The position numbers and the translations under genes are program-made. The notes beneath the pieces are model-generated. The model worked only from the letters and a program-made list of their open reading frames with translations. It was not told where the DNA came from and did no database searches. 64,000 bases of DNA from Nemertoderma westbladi (lineage: Eukaryota; Animalia; Xenacoelomorpha): NCBI GenBank assembly GCA_032718475.1, contig JAUCBJ010003239.1:1-64000 (forward strand). The letters run 5' to 3'. Shown one piece after another: positions 48,224 through 61,967 of this stretch (positions are counted from its first letter, which is position 1; each line of letters opens with the position of its first letter).

Positions 48224-51200
48224 ATGAATTCTGATCATGAATCCGAACCCATTGACGTTCAGATCGATATTTTAAAACAGAAACGCAGTACAGAACGTGC
48301 TACTGCTACAACTTTAGTAACACAACTTAAGAATTTCTTCGCAGCTGAGGAATCTAGTATAGATTCTGATGATTTAGCTTATATTACTGAACTAGCTGGA
48401 CGTCAGGTCCAACGTCTTAATAACCTACAATCGCAGTTAATAGATTTGGGCCATTCTGACCCAGATAATAAAGCTGCAAATTATGAGCGTGAATTGGATA
48501 AAGTTTTATTTAAAGCTAACCGTGTCCTGTCACGATTAGATCGTCAGCCAGACAATCGTCTGGGGGATGCTGCATCTTCTACCACAAGTGAATCCAATAA
48601 TGTTAGTGATCCAACTCGTGGACTGCCAAAAATTTCAGTCCCTCATTTCAGTGGGGAATATCTGAATTGGCGATTTTTCTGGGACCAATTCCAGGCCTTG
48701 ATCCATAACCGTGTAGGGCTTAGTGATATACAAAAATTTGTATATTTGAGAGATGCTCTACGTGGTGAAGCCTTAGATGCCCTATCGGGTCTTTCTGCCA
48801 CTTCTTCGAATTATCAGTCTGCCATAAAGATACTTCAAAGACGGTATGGCAACCCTAACATACTTATAGGCATATATGCTAATCAGCTTTGTCAACTCCC
48901 TCCAATTAAGGAGGGAAATATTCCATTGTTTCGCAAAACAATAAATATATTTGAGGGGTCATTACGAGAAATTCGTCAGCTGGCTGCTGAAATTGACCCA
49001 AATCTGGCTATTAAGGACAGTGAAACTGATCCAGCAAATACTTGAGCTACTGCACAATCTCTGGATTTAACGTCATTACTGTTGGCACCTTTGTTATTGC
49101 AAAAGTTACCAGAGCAAGTAGTTCTTGTGTGGAATAGAAACCACTCAACAGATCGCTTTAATCTCAATCTTTTATTGGAATTTGTTATGCAGGAATTGGA
49201 ATCTAGAGAGTCATTGGCATTTTCTGCTTCTTTAACTAAATCAGAACCTACAAAACCTAGTTTTAAAGGTGTTGATAATTATCCATATAAGCCAAAGACC
49301 AAACCCCTAGCTACATCTGCACTTCCAGTAGTTGAAAATCGGACAAATATTGTTTGTCCATTTTGTACTCAAATGCATACACTTCGAAATTGCCCTTCAT
49401 TTCAAAGCAAGTCAATTGAGCAACGTATTGCCTTTCGCCGCAATTCCAATATGTGTTCAAACTGTTTAGGTCCTCATAAACTTAAGGACTGTCGTTCAAA
49501 AGGTTGCTGCTCAGCATGTGGTAGACGACATAACACATTGCTTTGCTTCAAGAAATATGGAACTCCTTCCAAGGTTGCAACTGAACATCCTGTAGATCAG
49601 TTAACAAGTACCGATAAACATTGGAATGGTTCCATTTCCAAACAAAACCACCCTGCAGCAGCATCTCGGCCATCATCTGGGCAAACTTTTAAACCAAGTC
49701 TTTCCGCAACTCCTTGGGTCCCTGGAAGTGTAACTACTCCAAATGATACTTCTATGCCAATTGCTCCAATTAAACCTACTGCAGTAGAACAAAATAACTC
49801 TGTCTTTGTTAAGTTGGCCTTATCTGTCATTTCTTCACCAATGAGCCCTTCCACATGTGGTTATCAGATTTATGTCTATATGGATGATGGCTCCAAAAGA
49901 ACGTATATTAAAAGTCAACTTGCCAATGACCTTAACCTGCCAATATATAATACACGTCAAATGTCTACTGGGTCATTTGCTAATACTGTGACTACACAAG
50001 AATCAAATTATGTTTCATTTAATTTATTCAGCCAGTTTTATGAAGAACCCATTGAGTTTTTTGCTTGGACAGCAAATGACTTATGTCCAGTAATACGCCA
50101 GGAGCGTATTGACCCTCTCCCTTCATTTCTTTCCCACCTTTCAAATTGGGCAGATATTTATGATGGAGGTGAGAGAACCATATCTATAATTATCGGAGCG
50201 GACCAGCTATGGAAGGTTACTGGCGATACCAATTATACCCATAATCCTTCACTTATTGATACCTTCTTCGGGCATGTCCTTTTGGGTCCCTATAGAAATC
50301 CTTCCCTTTGTATACCTAATGAAGTATCACCTTCACTCTTTTTAACTGAACCTCTGGATATTACCCAACTTTGGGATCTGGAAACTGTTGGTATACGAAA
50401 ACATGAAGTTGACCATATTCCATATCCAACTCCTACAGTCTCAGAGGATTGTCCTCCTCATTATAGAGTTCGGTTACCATTCAAGGGTTTACAACGCCCT
50501 GTTTCCAATTACAATCGCATCTTTGCTCAACAGAAGCATTTTACTTCAAAACTAAACTCTGAGGAAAATGATGTCTATACATCCAAAATGTTAAAGCTCC
50601 TTGCTGATGACATAATTGAGCCTGTGACAACTTTCTATAACGTTGGTTTTTTTCTTCCAAATCATTTAGTGAAAAAATCCAATAAATATCGTGTGGTTTT
50701 TAATGGATCTGCTAAAGATACTTCAGGAGTCAGTCTTAATTCCTGCCTAGATCCTGGTCCGAACCTTCTTGCATCACTTGTTGATGTATTTCTAGGTTTT
50801 CGTCTTTATAAACATGTAGTTGTAGCTGACATAGAAGCTGCCTACCACCAAATCGAACTTCACCCAGACGATCGAAAATGGGTAAAGTTTATATGGAATA
50901 ATGTTTCATATCAGTTCAAGAGAACTCCTTTCGGAGTATCATCTAGCTCATTCCTTCTTAATTCAACCGTGCAGTTCCATGCTACTGCAACAGCTCCTCC
51001 AGCATTCGTTGTAGAGCTTTTAAAATCACTATATTGTGATGATGTGATACATAGTAATTCTAATAAACAAAGAGCAATAGAGTTTTTACAATCAGCAATA
51101 AGTATCTTTAGTTTAGCAGGTATGAACCTTCGTCAAGTCTTAAAACCTTCCAAGATTTTGGGAGTTCCATGGAATATTGATACTGATGAGATTTATATAG

Positions 51201-53629
51201 ACACTTCCAATGTATCAATTCCAATTCTGTTCACTCGTCGAGAACTACTGATATCGCAGGGTCAGATCTATGACCCTAATGGTCTTCTGTGCCCTTGGAC
51301 AATACAATCCCGATTAATACTCCAGAAGTCATGGAAATACGGCAAAGGTTGGGATACACCATTGCCAATTGAACTCCAACAGGAATGGCTTACATGGATA
51401 GCTAGTGCTAAAGTTCGAATATACTTTCCACGATGTGTCAACTATTCAGAAGAATGTCATTTACATATATTCTGTGATGCATCCAGCGTAGCGTACGCAT
51501 TTGTGGCATATATTGTACAGCCTGCATTTAATTCATCTACTTTGTTCTTTGCCAAAGCTCGAGCTGTTCCATTGAAGAAAACGCTTTCCATACCACGTAA
51601 AGAATTAGTAGCAACTCTTTTTGGAGCTCGTTTCTCAGATCACTGTCAGATAAATAACCTGATTAACCCTAAGCGTGTAATACTATGGAGTGACTCCATG
51701 TGTGCGCTTGGATGGATTCGTAAAGGCCCATCTAAACGAGACGTCTTTGTATTAAACAGGGTGACTGAAATAAATAACATAACTGAAACCTACCAATGGA
51801 GATATGTACCCTCAGAATTAAATCCCGCTGATGTACCTTCCCGTGGGAGTAGTTTAATAAACCTTCAGTCTAATTCTCTCTACCTAAATGGTCCAGAATT
51901 CATAAATGAACCTGAATCATCATGGCCAATTGAGCCAACACCACCTCCTCAACTACTGACATTAGAAGTTCCAGATCCAATATCAGAATGGAATCTTCTA
52001 AGAATCAATGATTATTCCTTCCTAGACAAACCAGTTAGAGTTCTTGCATGGGTATCTCGTTTCTGCCATAATGCACGTCATTTTGACAAACTCACTGGTT
52101 CATTGAGTACTAAAGAAATTCAAAACTCACTCAGTCAACTAATCAAAGTTGAGCAATACGTCCATTATCCAATGGAAATGCGACATCTTACAGTCAAACC
52201 AAACTCTCCAATTCCACGACATTCTTCTCTTTGCAACCTATGGCCAATTATACACCAAGGTTTGCTTGCAATGCAGCCAAGGACTGGTGAACACCCACTT
52301 CCTATTTTACCACGCCGTAGTTATCTTACTAAACTTATTGTTAGTCACTTTCATTGCGGACTTATGCACCAAGGTATTGAAGCCACATTGGCACAGGTCA
52401 GGAACCTGTACTGGGTACCACATGGTCGTTCTATAATACGTAAGATGGTTCATGAATGCCGCCCATGTCGTCGATATCGGACTCAGCCATATAATGTACC
52501 TGAGTCTGCCTTACAACCCTTCAGGAGTAAACCTCTTGTCCCCTTCACCGTCACAGGCATAGACTTCTTTGGCCCTCTATTTACAAAAGATGGTTCCAAA
52601 GCCCAATGTCTCATATGCACTTGTGCATCGATCAGAGCCATCCACTTGGAACTTGTGAAGACTGCTGATACCAAGTCAACTCACCTTGCTCTTCGAAACT
52701 TCTTGGCCCGTCGTGTTCGTCCTTTCACTAATGTCGAATTTCGATCTGATAATGCCAAAGTTTTCCTTAAACTGTCAACTATGAAGTTCCCCAATTATGT
52801 TGTCACTTGGAAACTAATTCCAGCCCGTTCTCCTCATTGGGGTGGTTGGTGGGAAAGACTAATAAAGTTGGTCAAAATGTGTCTTCGTATAACATTTCAC
52901 CATAAAGTATTCACTTTTGAGGATTTATCTACTATATTGTGTGAAGCAGAAGCCGTATTTAACCTACGCCCACTTACTGCCGCCTCAACAGATCCTGAGG
53001 ATTGTGATGCTCTTACACCTAGTCATTTCCTTTATGGGAGTCCACCACCACTAGATCAACAAATGGATGTTGCTGCTTCATCAACGTCCGGAGGTCTTCG
53101 TCGAAGCCTTCTGTCACGAGATCAGACTAGTCGAGTTCTTTGGAAAGCCTGGTCTCAACGATACCTCGCATCTCTTCGTGTATGGCGTCATAAACAATGT
53201 ATGAATCCATCTCATCAACCTTCAGTTAATGACCTTGTTCTCGTTAAGGAAACTGTTCCTCGTGGGCAATGGTCTCTAGCCCGAGTAGTTCATCCATTAG
53301 TAGGACGTTATGGGATATCACGAGCTGCGATCATCCTCAAGAACTCCAAACCTGGTTCTCCTGGTTTCTTAACTAAGAGAGCTGCCCATCTCCTTATTCC
53401 ACTCGAGGCCAACCATTGCGATGAAATAATATATGATGGAATCGTTCACCGTGGGGGTGTAGCAAGTAAGTCCACACTCATACCTTCCTCCTCTGCCTCT
53501 ACGTCAAATAAAATTGTTCTAAAGAAAAAGGTTGAAACTCCGAAATCAATTACAGATGTCAAACTAGTTAGCACCAAACCTTATAAGACATCTCATGGTC
53601 GACTAGTTCACCCTCCTAAAAGATACTGA
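48224..53629 (+). CDS. Bel/Pao gag-pol polyprotein (1801 codons) with one in-frame TGA at 49043-49045
   Basis: Gag FSGEYLNWRFFWDQF, three knuckles, protease-like MDDGSKRTYI, RT LYCDD, RNase H FCDAS and NPADVPSRG, integrase DFFGP / SDNA / GGWWERLI; both ORFs share one frame. Confidence 0.93.
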
Positions 53630-53672
53630 AAATGTTCATTGCAACAGAATGTTCCGTTGCAACGTGGGGGTG

Positions 53673-54345
53673 TGTGCAGCTAATTTTGCTGTACATTTTA
53701 ATTTAAATGTTTTGGTTATGGGAATTTACTGTATGTAAAAATAAACCACCACGTTAGGATCTAACATGATGTCTGCATGTGCCTGACTTGTAATATTGTT
53801 ACCGGTATTACTTACTTCTGTACGTGTAGTTTTTGCATGTGCATATACCCGTACCGATACTGCAGTACCTTACCGGCAGACCGGTACTACTGCACTGCTG
53901 CATCATATAACTATATACAATAAACTCTCTCAACTGAAGTCTGTATGTAATAATGATACTGTGCTTACCGCCTGCCGATCCAATCACTTTAATGATTGAA
54001 TTGATCAGTTGATTGTTGCTTATATCTTCTTGTTACCGACTACTTTATATCAATTGCTATTTAACTTTTGTTGTATTGCTGCTGCCTACATGTTGATCCT
54101 ACAGTTTGATATACTAATGTCTAAATGTAACTGATGCTGTAATGCACTAATGATTGTTTTGGCTTTGAGCCTCCCTATGTTAATGAATTAAGAATGTTTA
54201 ATTGATTGCTTATACTTTCCTTATAACCTACCTACTTTCTTATTGATTGTCAATTATTATTTTCTGGGATTGCGTTATACTTACTGCTTGCACCTAGCAT
54301 CTACGTTTATAAATATTAGGGTCAAATACCCAAATTGCCTCCACA
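53673..54345 (+). repeat. 3' LTR of element C
   Basis: Direct repeat of 47235-47907. Confidence 0.97.
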
Positions 54346-55394
54346 TTAATTGTCAATATCCTCTCTATATATGATTTTATGAATTTTATCGGCTATTGAC
54401 TATACATTGGAGATTCTCACACACAAATACACTTAATATAGTGAATCTCCGTTCCCGTGATCTATTAATTAATGGAATTTTGGGAATGTTATAAATTGTA
54501 TAAAATGACAATTTATTAAATTCATTGAAATATCTGAATTTAAATTTATTCCCTTAAATTTTATTATTTAATGTTAAATAGACACAATTTCATTCCAGAA
54601 CGTGTCTGGGGACTTGGATCCTTGATTCTAGGAATTTTGTCCTTTTAAGAGTATCGGTAAGTGCTACGATATCTTAATCGACTAGAATTTTAAAGGATCT
54701 GATATTTGACAGATTTTTGTAAATATTAATAATTAATATTTAAGATGGGCACCAGTTTATTCCAGAACTTGTCTGGGGACGTTAACCACTGATTCTAGAA
54801 TTTTGTCTTTCAAGTGTATCGGTGGGTGTTAATCGACTAGAATTACAGATGGTCAAAGGGTTTAACAGATTTATTTTGCGTTATACGCTACTGTTAAAAG
54901 GACATCACGCTACTATATGTATTATTTAATATACGGTATGAGAGCAATATCGCACGAAGCAATGTCAGTATGAAGAGGCAAGTCGTTTCCAAGGTCTACC
55001 CAGAGCTTGGTTTAGCCGAGACACGAGGATCTGAACTTTGCATTCCTAATACTCTGCCTACCAATAATACTTGAATATAGTAGTGGCTTTATTGTACTTT
55101 AATAAGTACGGACATTTCATCTTACTGTAGTTACGTATTTGTAATGTGATACGGACAGTAAGGAAAGAGAAATTAATTATTTCTCGCCGTCGCACTAAAT
55201 ATATAATATATAAGTAATTAATTAATAAACGCGAATATATATTGCACTAATCTACTAAATAATCGCTAAATAACATTCTACTAAATAAAATTAAAGAAAA
55301 CGATTATAATAAAATTACATAATAATACATACATAATATAAAATAATAAAAATAAATATAAAATAATATAGTCACACACCCACTCCGTATGTTG

Positions 55395-58300
55395 TTACGT
55401 TATGGAGTCCCTAGATATTTGTTGGATTAGGGAGGTGGTCGTGGGAAGAGTATCTTGCCTTCCATAGTTTCCGGACAGTTTTCGGTCTCTTTCCGGTAAA
55501 CATAAACGACCAGCTGGGCGATTGAGTGGTTGTGTTACTTTCTCCGCTCCCTTGGCCTGTCTAATCTTCACCGGGGTAAGCTGAGGAGGCCATTCATCTT
55601 CTTTACTTAGGAAGTCGGGTCCACCTAACCGGTTTGGAGTATCTGTAAGTTCTTGAGGAGTTGCTCCTCTGGAAGCGATGTCGGCTAGATTGATCGTCTC
55701 GGGGCAATGTCTCCATTGATCTTCATTGGAGTTGATGTCGTCATTATCTGAGGAGTATGGTGTTCCCTCAGTTGGGTCGTCAACTTCACTGCTCTCCACT
55801 TCCCGTTCACTTAATTGATATACCTGTTCTTTTGGTAATCTTTCCATAAGAGTTCTACGAGAAGGGCCAGTAAAGTACCAACCTACTCTAGTTCTTCCCG
55901 CATAAACTTGTAGAGGTTGTGGTTGAGCAGGCCGTTTCTCCAATGTCTCGAGCGCTTCATGCGCATTTTGACCGATGAGTATTTGGACTCCAGGGTAATC
56001 GGTGTTGAATCTAGGTATTTCAAACTGCTGGGTGAAATCGTCCTCATCCCAGTTATAAGGTTCCACTTGGGTGGTAGCGAAGTTCTTTATTGCCACCATT
56101 TTCACTGACCTTATGCTATGTTCTCCTAGTTCGTCCTGGGGGGTGGACAACGCACCTACATAATAATCCGCTGTTACTGTAGATTTCCAAACCTGCATAA
56201 TTCCTGACATGTTTAGCTTAGTTCGGAACTTGGGTTGTCCAGCAAATATGTCTTCGGCTAGCTCTTTGTCGATGAATGTTCCTGTACTACCGGAGTCAAG
56301 GAGGGCGTTCACTACATAACTCCTTTTTGGTCCGTGGACCCTTATCTGTACCACAGGAAATTCTCTAATCCCTACATTGGAAGTTGGCGCTTTCCAAGAT
56401 GGTTGTCGATCAGAAGTAGTTAGAGTGAGGTCACTTTCTGTATCTTTTTCATAAGTGAGTGCTCGATACACTGCGGTATTTATCATGTAACAGGATTCGT
56501 TTTCGTCGGAGAACTCGTCCGTATAGAATCCTTCCATCTCAGATTGATCAGTGTCGTTCACATCACTGAATTGGACATGTAGTTCGGAATCACTCACCTG
56601 ACTCGGACTATTTCGCTCGAATTCAGTGTGCAACAAGATATGATGTTTCGCACCGCACTTTGCACACCTTGCGTCGGAGTAACAGGTTCGCCGTTGGTGT
56701 CCTCGTCTGAGGCAATTGTAACACAACCGCTTATCCCACATGACTTCACGTCTATCCTTTAGTGATTTCCTCAGGAATTCATCACACGCATTTAAACGGT
56801 GGGGCCCGTCGCACAGCACACATTTGGGATTGATGTTACTTACTTTAACATGTGCTGTGTGGTGCACGTTCGTTCTTTCCTCGGGATTTCTTACATGAAT
56901 TCTCTTAGGAGACGTAGGAGGAGTTTTTCTTACCTGTTCTCTCCTGTCATTGGTTCGAGACTTGAATTTACTTACGTCCTTTAGGATTTTATTGTCATAG
57001 TAAGATCTTTCAGTGTCTTTTCCGCTGTCTTCCTCTTGAGAAGCCAGGCTTTCGCCGTCGTCTGTATAACAAACTGGTATTACCCTTCTCCGAGAAACGG
57101 GTTTCTCACTTACCTTGTTTTCCGGTGTCTTCTCTCTGGACTGCCTTAGGAGCTGTAATTTCACTTCCCCATCTAAGAATGACATGAGATCAGCCATGGT
57201 AGGGTCTCGTCGTTGTTGTTCCATCATATATAACACTTTCTTGTCCCAGTGTGTACCTACTCCACCCTTGGGCAAAGTAGATGCTAAGGCTCCTACAACC
57301 ATAGAATTCTGGTATTCATGAGACTTACCTAGCCAATCTAATTGTCTACAGATCTCCTGAATCTCATCGGAAAACTCTATAATCCCGCTGCTAAGAAACT
57401 TTCGGGGCGCCATTAATTTTGCATACAAATACCTAGCTATGTTATTCCTATTACCATACCTGATGTTTAGTGTATCCCAAACTTGTCTTAATCCGTCTGG
57501 ATGTCCAATAAATTTTAACGCCATTAACTTGGGAGGTCCTTCCAAGCATTCGATGAGGTATCTGAGTTTCTCTCCGTTAGATAGCACAGAATTCTGTATG
57601 TTATCTTTGTAATATTCATTAAAAGGTAACCATTTCATCTCATCTCCATTGAACTTGACGATCTCTCCAACCTTTACCGCTTGACGGGCTTCGGTTCTAG
57701 CCATTTGACGCGTAAAACTTTCTTGAGCCATCGTATTATTGAATATAGAATTATCGGTATATAAATTTCTGGGATTATGATCAGGTCTATATGGAATATT
57801 ATTATCAACAGGTTTATAATCACCCTGAATAGGGTTTACTATAGGAGTTTCTACTTCACTAGCAGTATAGATGCGTGTAGGCTCCACACCTTGCACATGA
57901 GATACTTCAGACCTAACGGGTTGACACATTGTTACAGGGGGTGGTGGTATACCCTTTTGTAAATTGACTAATTTATCGCGTTCTAATGCGATACTTTGCT
58001 GCACTTCTTGCAACTCTAACCTACTTTCCCTTACTGTGCCCTTGAATTGCTGAACGGTCTCCTGCATCTGTCCGAGCAGGAGATCCATCCCCCGTCGTCT
58101 CTCATCCACCCATTCGACCGCCGAAGCGGGATTCGCCAACGTGGTAGCGGGCGGACGAGGGACAACGGGCGACAAATCATGAATATTTCGCTCGGAGTCC
58201 AGGACCTGAACTGTCTCATGGGCTGTTCTACTGGGCACAGGTAGCTTAGTGCTGTGCAGAGGGAATTTAGAGGTAGGTTCAGGGAGCACAGGTGTCTCTA

Positions 58301-60074
58301 TCACCGAAGGGGTGATTTCCATAACAGGCCTAATTATTTCAGGCTCATCTACTATAGTAGGGAGTCTTTCTATTGTAATTATTTGGTCTGTGGGTTCTGT
58401 ACTACCTAAGTTGGTGTTATTTAGTTGCCTTCTAACAGATGGAGGCAATTCAGGCAATTTCTGACGGTGGGACATTCTTTTACGTCTGCTTAGGCGAGAT
58501 CGATTTCCTCCGCCTTCAGGATCGGTAGTATCGCCTTCCTCAGATGATGTATACCCCTGTCTTTTGGGAGTAGATCGACTCATCATCTGCATATTACTAG
58601 CTGTTAACTGTTTATTGAAGTTGTCTTGCCTCTCTTGAAGATTTTCCAACTCTAGTTGGGTTGCCTCTTCAGATGCCCTCCGTTCTGCTTCTGCCACTGC
58701 CTCTGCTGTTGCCAGTGCCGCTTTTCTTTCCGCTTCGGCCTCTGCCACTGCCGATGCCGCTTTCCTTTCCGCTTCGGCCTCTGCTACTGCCACTGCCACT
58801 GCCACTGCCGCTTTTCTTTCCGCTTCTGCCGCTGCCACTGCTGCTGCCGCTTTTCTTTCCGCTTCTGCCTCTGCCACTGCTGCTGCCACTGCCGCTGTCT
58901 TTCTATCTTCTATACGTTTTTTCTTTACTTGTTCTTCTTGAACCTTAGCGATGCGGATACTTTCATCAAATTTAGCTTGGTTCGCAGCTATCCTATCCAC
59001 ATCTATTGCGTCCAATACACGCTGGGCTCCTTCACTATTAGGGCTAAGTCCATCTAACCTTCTCCTCAACTCTTCATCTCCTAAAAAACGCTGATAGTCT
59101 GACAGATAGATGTCAATGGCATCCCTCTTATGCGGTTTCTCTGCCGTCGCTTCACATTCCACTTGGGAAAAAGTAGCGTCTGTTGATTCTCCATGGGTTG
59201 AGCGCTCCTCCAGCTGAGCTTTCCACTGAGCTGTTCCTTGAACCTGGAGACTCACCCGCTGAAACCAAGTCTTTACGGCAACTTGCAACGACGTGTCTTG
59301 TCTTCTTTTAGAAGCCTCTTCAAAGGCCGATAAGATTAGCCTGATTCGCAGAATTCTTTCTCTAACTTGATAAAGCAGTTGCCCCTGCTCTTGAGGTCCT
59401 TGTGGTTGTTGAAACAGTTGTTCTTTTAGTCGCTCCATAGAGCTGAAGAATCCCTGTGCATATCCGGCTGCGGACCTCTTCCACACAGCTGGATCGATGG
59501 TTTCCTTGGTTACTCCCATCCGGTGTATGTCTTCCCAGGCAGCTTCTGATAAATCAAACGGGAGTCCGGGTCCGGGGAAGTTCCATTGCGACTCGACAAT
59601 AGACTTCAGTTCTTCCCTTGTGTATCCCGCATAACTATCTTTAGTTGATCGCTGACTTCTCGCCCAATCGATCTGGTGTTCTTCCACCGCGATCAATATC
59701 CTAGTGAGTACGGCTGCAGGCAGGATGAGAAGGGGATCCGAATAAACCGCATCCGTCATCTTTGCTCCGCGCTCGGGTGTCAGCTCTACAGTATCCTCAC
59801 TACTGGAGCTGTCGGGCCGCTGAGAAATAAGTTCTTGGCTCGCGGGTTGTTGTTGTTCCGCTGCTTCTTGGTCCCGCTTGACCTGAGCTCGAGTGCCTAT
59901 GATAGACCTACGATGTTGGACCAGCCTAGGTTCTGATATTACTACTGGAGGGATGACCTTCCTCACAGTGGGAGGTGAACTGAACTTAGGTGTAGACGGT
60001 TCTACACCCTTATCTGAGTCTCAGATAGTTACATCTAATAAACTGTCTGACAGGTTCTGCTTAGTATCAGACAT
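55395..60074 (-). CDS. gag: Family B Gag-protease ORF fused in frame to the RNase H C-terminal tail; RT and integrase absent; TGA at codon 18
   Basis: AEAERKAA coiled-coil repeats, KFNGDEMKWLPF gag core, three knuckles, LLDSGSTGTFI protease, then QWRHCPETINLADIASRG; ATG inferred from copy 1 (41440), where codon 18 is TGT. Confidence 0.85.
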
Positions 60075-61635
60075 GTTTGTGTGCACAGTTGAATGCCTAC
60101 TGCTATATTACAGTCTTAGCAAGTCTAGTAATTCAGTATTAACTGCTAGCCTAGTAATTAATAACCGATACTGCTACTCAGTGTAGCGTGATATATATAA
60201 TATTAGAATACCGGTATGCTTATAGTATATATAAGTATTATTAGTAACTAGAATTAATTACAGAATACCGGTATGATTTCAGCCTAAATTTATATATATA
60301 ATAGGCCTATCGTGAATACCAGTATACAGCTTACACTTATAATGTATATATATAAGTATAATTACAGACTAGAATTAATTACAGAATACCAGTATAATTT
60401 TAGCCTAAATTTATAGAAATAAAGATAATAAACCTATTGTAAATACCGGTATACCAATTATTTTAGAATAATTGAATTTCTGAATTTTAAGGGTTACTTG
60501 GTTACTTTAACTTACTTTATTACCGTTATTTAAGCAGTAGTCCAACTGATATTGAGACCTAATTGTTGTATGGCAGGCCTACTATTTATAAATCGTTTGA
60601 GTTGATTTATAATATATATATACCCATTTAATGGGTTTTGTCAATGTTTGAAATAAATGTTATTATTTCTGGGGGAGTCACCACACAATAAGCTGTGCGC
60701 TCTCAGTGGAGTGCTACTTGTTAGACACTAAAACAAATAATTATAATTTACCTAAGTTACTTAATACTACAAATTACGTACAATTCGGGTTGAGATTACA
60801 ATCTCTAAATAAACACAAAAATTTAATTACAAATACACAAATACGAATTTTTTAGGGTAATTTTACAAGAAGTCTACTAACCAGCCTAACAAAGGGTTAG
60901 AATATCTGGTTATTACAACAGACAGGTTACTACGGTATTTGAAAATAATAAGTAGTAGTAAATATACTGCGTTGTCCAGATAGGAAAATACCACCGTCTG
61001 ACGACCTATAACCATATCGCTATAGGTACTACGTTATGTATCACGGAGTGTTCCTACCTAGAGATTAATTACCGCGGTCTACCAGAACCAACGTGCCTAT
61101 TAACCACTTTACAACACAAATATACTGCCTACACACTAATCACCTTCGGAAAGTACTGTACACTAAACCCTAAATTAGGTACAAGTACTTGTACAACAAA
61201 TAATCAGTAGTTAAAAATACTTGAACAGTTAAAAGAACCACGGTATCTGCCGGAGTGACCAAAGCATAAAATCTCCAGTCTTTACCTACGCCGGGCAGCC
61301 CTGATGTAGTACCGGGGTTAGTTTAACTATAACGGTATGTATAACAAACACAATTACTGTAGGAATAAACTTGGGGATATGAATGTTGCGAATAATCGCA
61401 TAAACTCTGAATAATAAATATTACGCTACGCATACAGACTATTCAAACAAAATGCAGACCAAATACTGACAGACTATTATCAAGCCTAAACAAACCACGG
61501 TATATGCAGACTCCGAAATGATTAGTTAGTATGCGTTCTAACCTAGTAGTACGACTTATTCTTTCACAGGGGGTTTACCTCACAGCACTTAAAGCCCCTA
61601 CGTTCCCAACTAGCACTTTATCGGACAGATGCTCT

Positions 61636-61913
61636 TGTAGCGGCGTTATTCTCAATGAATAAATCGAAGCGCGGGTTATTATGTATTATAATAATAATAA
61701 TAGTTAGCAATGCATTGCTACTGTAAAGATATAGATATACCGGGATAGGGCCGCAGTCATCCGTATAGCACACAGCGTGCCGGTACTGCAGTGTACGGTA
61801 CCAAAAGATGATAGATGGACAGTCTGTATGTAAAACTCTACATCGTCCGTTGCTAGGCAACTAGGGACGCCACTACTGTATATCTCCTAAGTCCCGCATA
61901 CAGTATCGCTACA
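61636..61913 (-). repeat. 3' LTR (278 bp) of a Ty3/Gypsy element
   Basis: TGTAGCG...CGCTACA inverted termini; G-run PPT at ~61917-61926; interrupts family B leader homology exactly at 61635. Confidence 0.9.
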
Positions 61914-61967
61914 TAACCCCCCCTCAAGTGTGGTAACACGATAAATCCCTAATAGTGGCGATGAATG

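Larger units (their letters stand above)
47235..54345 (+). mobile_element. Full-length young Bel/Pao LTR retrotransposon 'C'
   Basis: Two 673-bp LTRs (TGTG...CACA), 4 mismatches found by eye; 5-bp TSD TTAAT (47230-47234 and 54346-54350); G-rich tract before the 3' LTR. Confidence 0.97.
43925..61635 (-). mobile_element. Bel/Pao family 'B' copy 2, non-autonomous (gag-protease only), hosting element C and interrupted by a Gypsy LTR
   Basis: Leader 60075-61635, ORF 55395-60074, 3' region, purine-rich GGGAGCGG, 3' LTR 45061-43925. Confidence 0.8.
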
